Source: Callorhinchus milii
Taxonomy: Eukaryota
Reading direction: 5' to 3'
Length of the DNA stretch: 64,000 bases
Assembly: GCF_018977255.1 (NCBI RefSeq)
Contig: NW_024704742.1
Span: forward strand, 62,374,001 to 62,438,000
Position 1 is the first letter of the stretch; each line of letters opens with the position of its first letter. The notes under the pieces were generated by a model. It did not search any database. It was not told the DNA's origin and worked only from the letters and a program-made list of their open reading frames with translations. Below are positions 62,590 through 64,000 of the stretch, one piece after another. A program made the translations under genes and the position numbers.

Positions 62590-62850
62590 ATGGGAATTCA
62601 CAAAACCTCAAAATTGGTTTGGATGGAAAAGCCCTATTAGATCTCTTCCTTCCAGAATACTTGCCCACCTGTCCAGCCATGAGAGCATCAAACTGTTTCT
62701 TAAATGAGTCCAATGTGCTGGACTCAGCAACCCTTCTTGGTAACCCATTGCAGTTACTAATTGACCTGTGGGTAAACAAATACTTCTTGGGATCTGTCTT
62801 AAACTTGCTCTTCACAAGCCGAAACCTGTGCCCTCTTGTCAACTGCTCTG
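62590..62850 (-). mobile_element. CR1 LINE 3' fragment
   Basis: Encodes TRGHRFRLVKSKFKTDPKKYLFTHRSISNCNGLPRRVAESSTLDSFKKQFD, a typical CR1 ORF2 C-terminus. Confidence 0.82.
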
Positions 62851-63669
62851 GAATCCTTCGGGTTGATAGACAAATGTTATATTGTGGGAATTCCATTCTG
62901 ACCAATTTACTTCCAGAGCACCATTTTCTTATAAAATATTTTCTTAATAACGGAATACTCTAAAGAAATATCACTTAATTGACTGTAGGATTTCTGTAAT
63001 TAACGTGTTAAATAATATCTCAAATTATATTTGCAATATTTGTTTTTATATGAAACATATGATCAATCTCTTATGAGGGCAGTTGGTTGTGACTAGCTTC
63101 GAAGAAGATCCTTGCTCAAGGAGAAAAAACAAAAGACTGTTTATAAACAACAAACTGTTTGCGTTCCATATCAGTCATTTTCTCATGGAAAAATGATCTA
63201 CAGCTGGAGAGAGCTATGTTGCATTTGTTTTTACAATGGAACCATCTTGCAAAAGACAACAGTGAAAGGTCACCTAATGAGCTGTATAAACGGAGATCGA
63301 TTCAGAAGAGAATCGGAAGAAAGAATTGAAGAAGAGGGATCAAATTGGACGTGCCATAATAGAATTGGACATGCCATAATACCTGGATACTTTTGAGTCA
63401 TTGAATTGAACAAACACATTTAGAGAGTAAAATACCACAAGCCGTCTTAATATTCTAATGAAATTCCATTAATTTTTTTGCGTTAAAATGTTTTCAATAG
63501 CACCATAAAAGCTTATTAATTGGTGAAATGAGGAACAGCGGTAGTTTTCTTTGTGAATTCTATTTTTTTACATTGCTTTATGAACAACGTTAATTTACAG
63601 CTGTTAACTATTGGGGCAAGCATGCTGCATGTTGATGTAAAAGAGCCAAACAAGGAGGTCTGGAAGCAG

Positions 63670-64000
63670 TACTGACAACTTGCAATTGTGAAGCTTCATT
63701 CACATAGGATAACATCTTGGGAGCACTGTACAGTGAGAGGTTTGGCCATCGAGTGAGGAAGTATGGGAAGGAGAAGGTGACCATAGTTGCAGTCGAAGAG
63801 AGAGGTTTTCAGGTGGGATTTAAAGATAGATAAAGAGGAGGTGAGGTGGAGGGATTGAGACAGAACGTTCCAGAGATTAGAGGCATAGTTACTGAAGACA
63901 TGGCTGCCATTGGTGGCGTGAAGATGTCAAGGACGTGCCTCAGGCTTGTGTTAGGTGAGCAAAAGGGGCAGACAGGAGAGTGGAATACAAACGGGTCAGA
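63670..64000 (-). mobile_element. Old L2 3' fragment running to the window end
   Basis: Degenerate reverse tail (acaacttgcaatt...) and gtcgaagagagaggttttcaggtgggatttaaag...ttccagag. Confidence 0.6.

Noticed and set aside
63344..63383. Short tandem duplications (20 bp here; about 13 bp at 17928-17953; about 14 bp at 16843-16872)
   Set aside because: Ordinary slippage-type duplications with no further structure.

Overview
Repeat-rich vertebrate genomic DNA, most likely from a cartilaginous fish (inferred only from the repeat content). The window appears to lie entirely inside one minus-strand gene, GALNTL6 (polypeptide GalNAc-transferase-like 6, the GALNT10 paralogue). Six internal coding exons (186, 184, 118, 108, 222 and 117 nt; 935 nt in total) have canonical AG/GT boundaries and splice in frame. 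They encode most of the catalytic domain and the start of the ricin-type lectin domain. The gene's 5' and 3' ends were not found in the window. The introns hold many decayed L2 and CR1 LINE fragments, at least three tRNA-derived SINE families, a Tc1/mariner-type MITE, a 21-bp minisatellite and microsatellites. I found no second protein-coding gene and no clearly novel multi-gene system. The most notable signals are: a covarying stem-loop shared by the L2 and SINE 3' tails; an unclassified ancient dispersed repeat with five copies; closely similar inverted L2 copies bracketing all six exons; recurrent short-spacer inverted SINE pairs; fold-back palindromes at two SINE 5' junctions; and two consensus CTCF sites. 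Repeat boundaries are approximate. Family names come from remembered consensus sequences, not from a database search.
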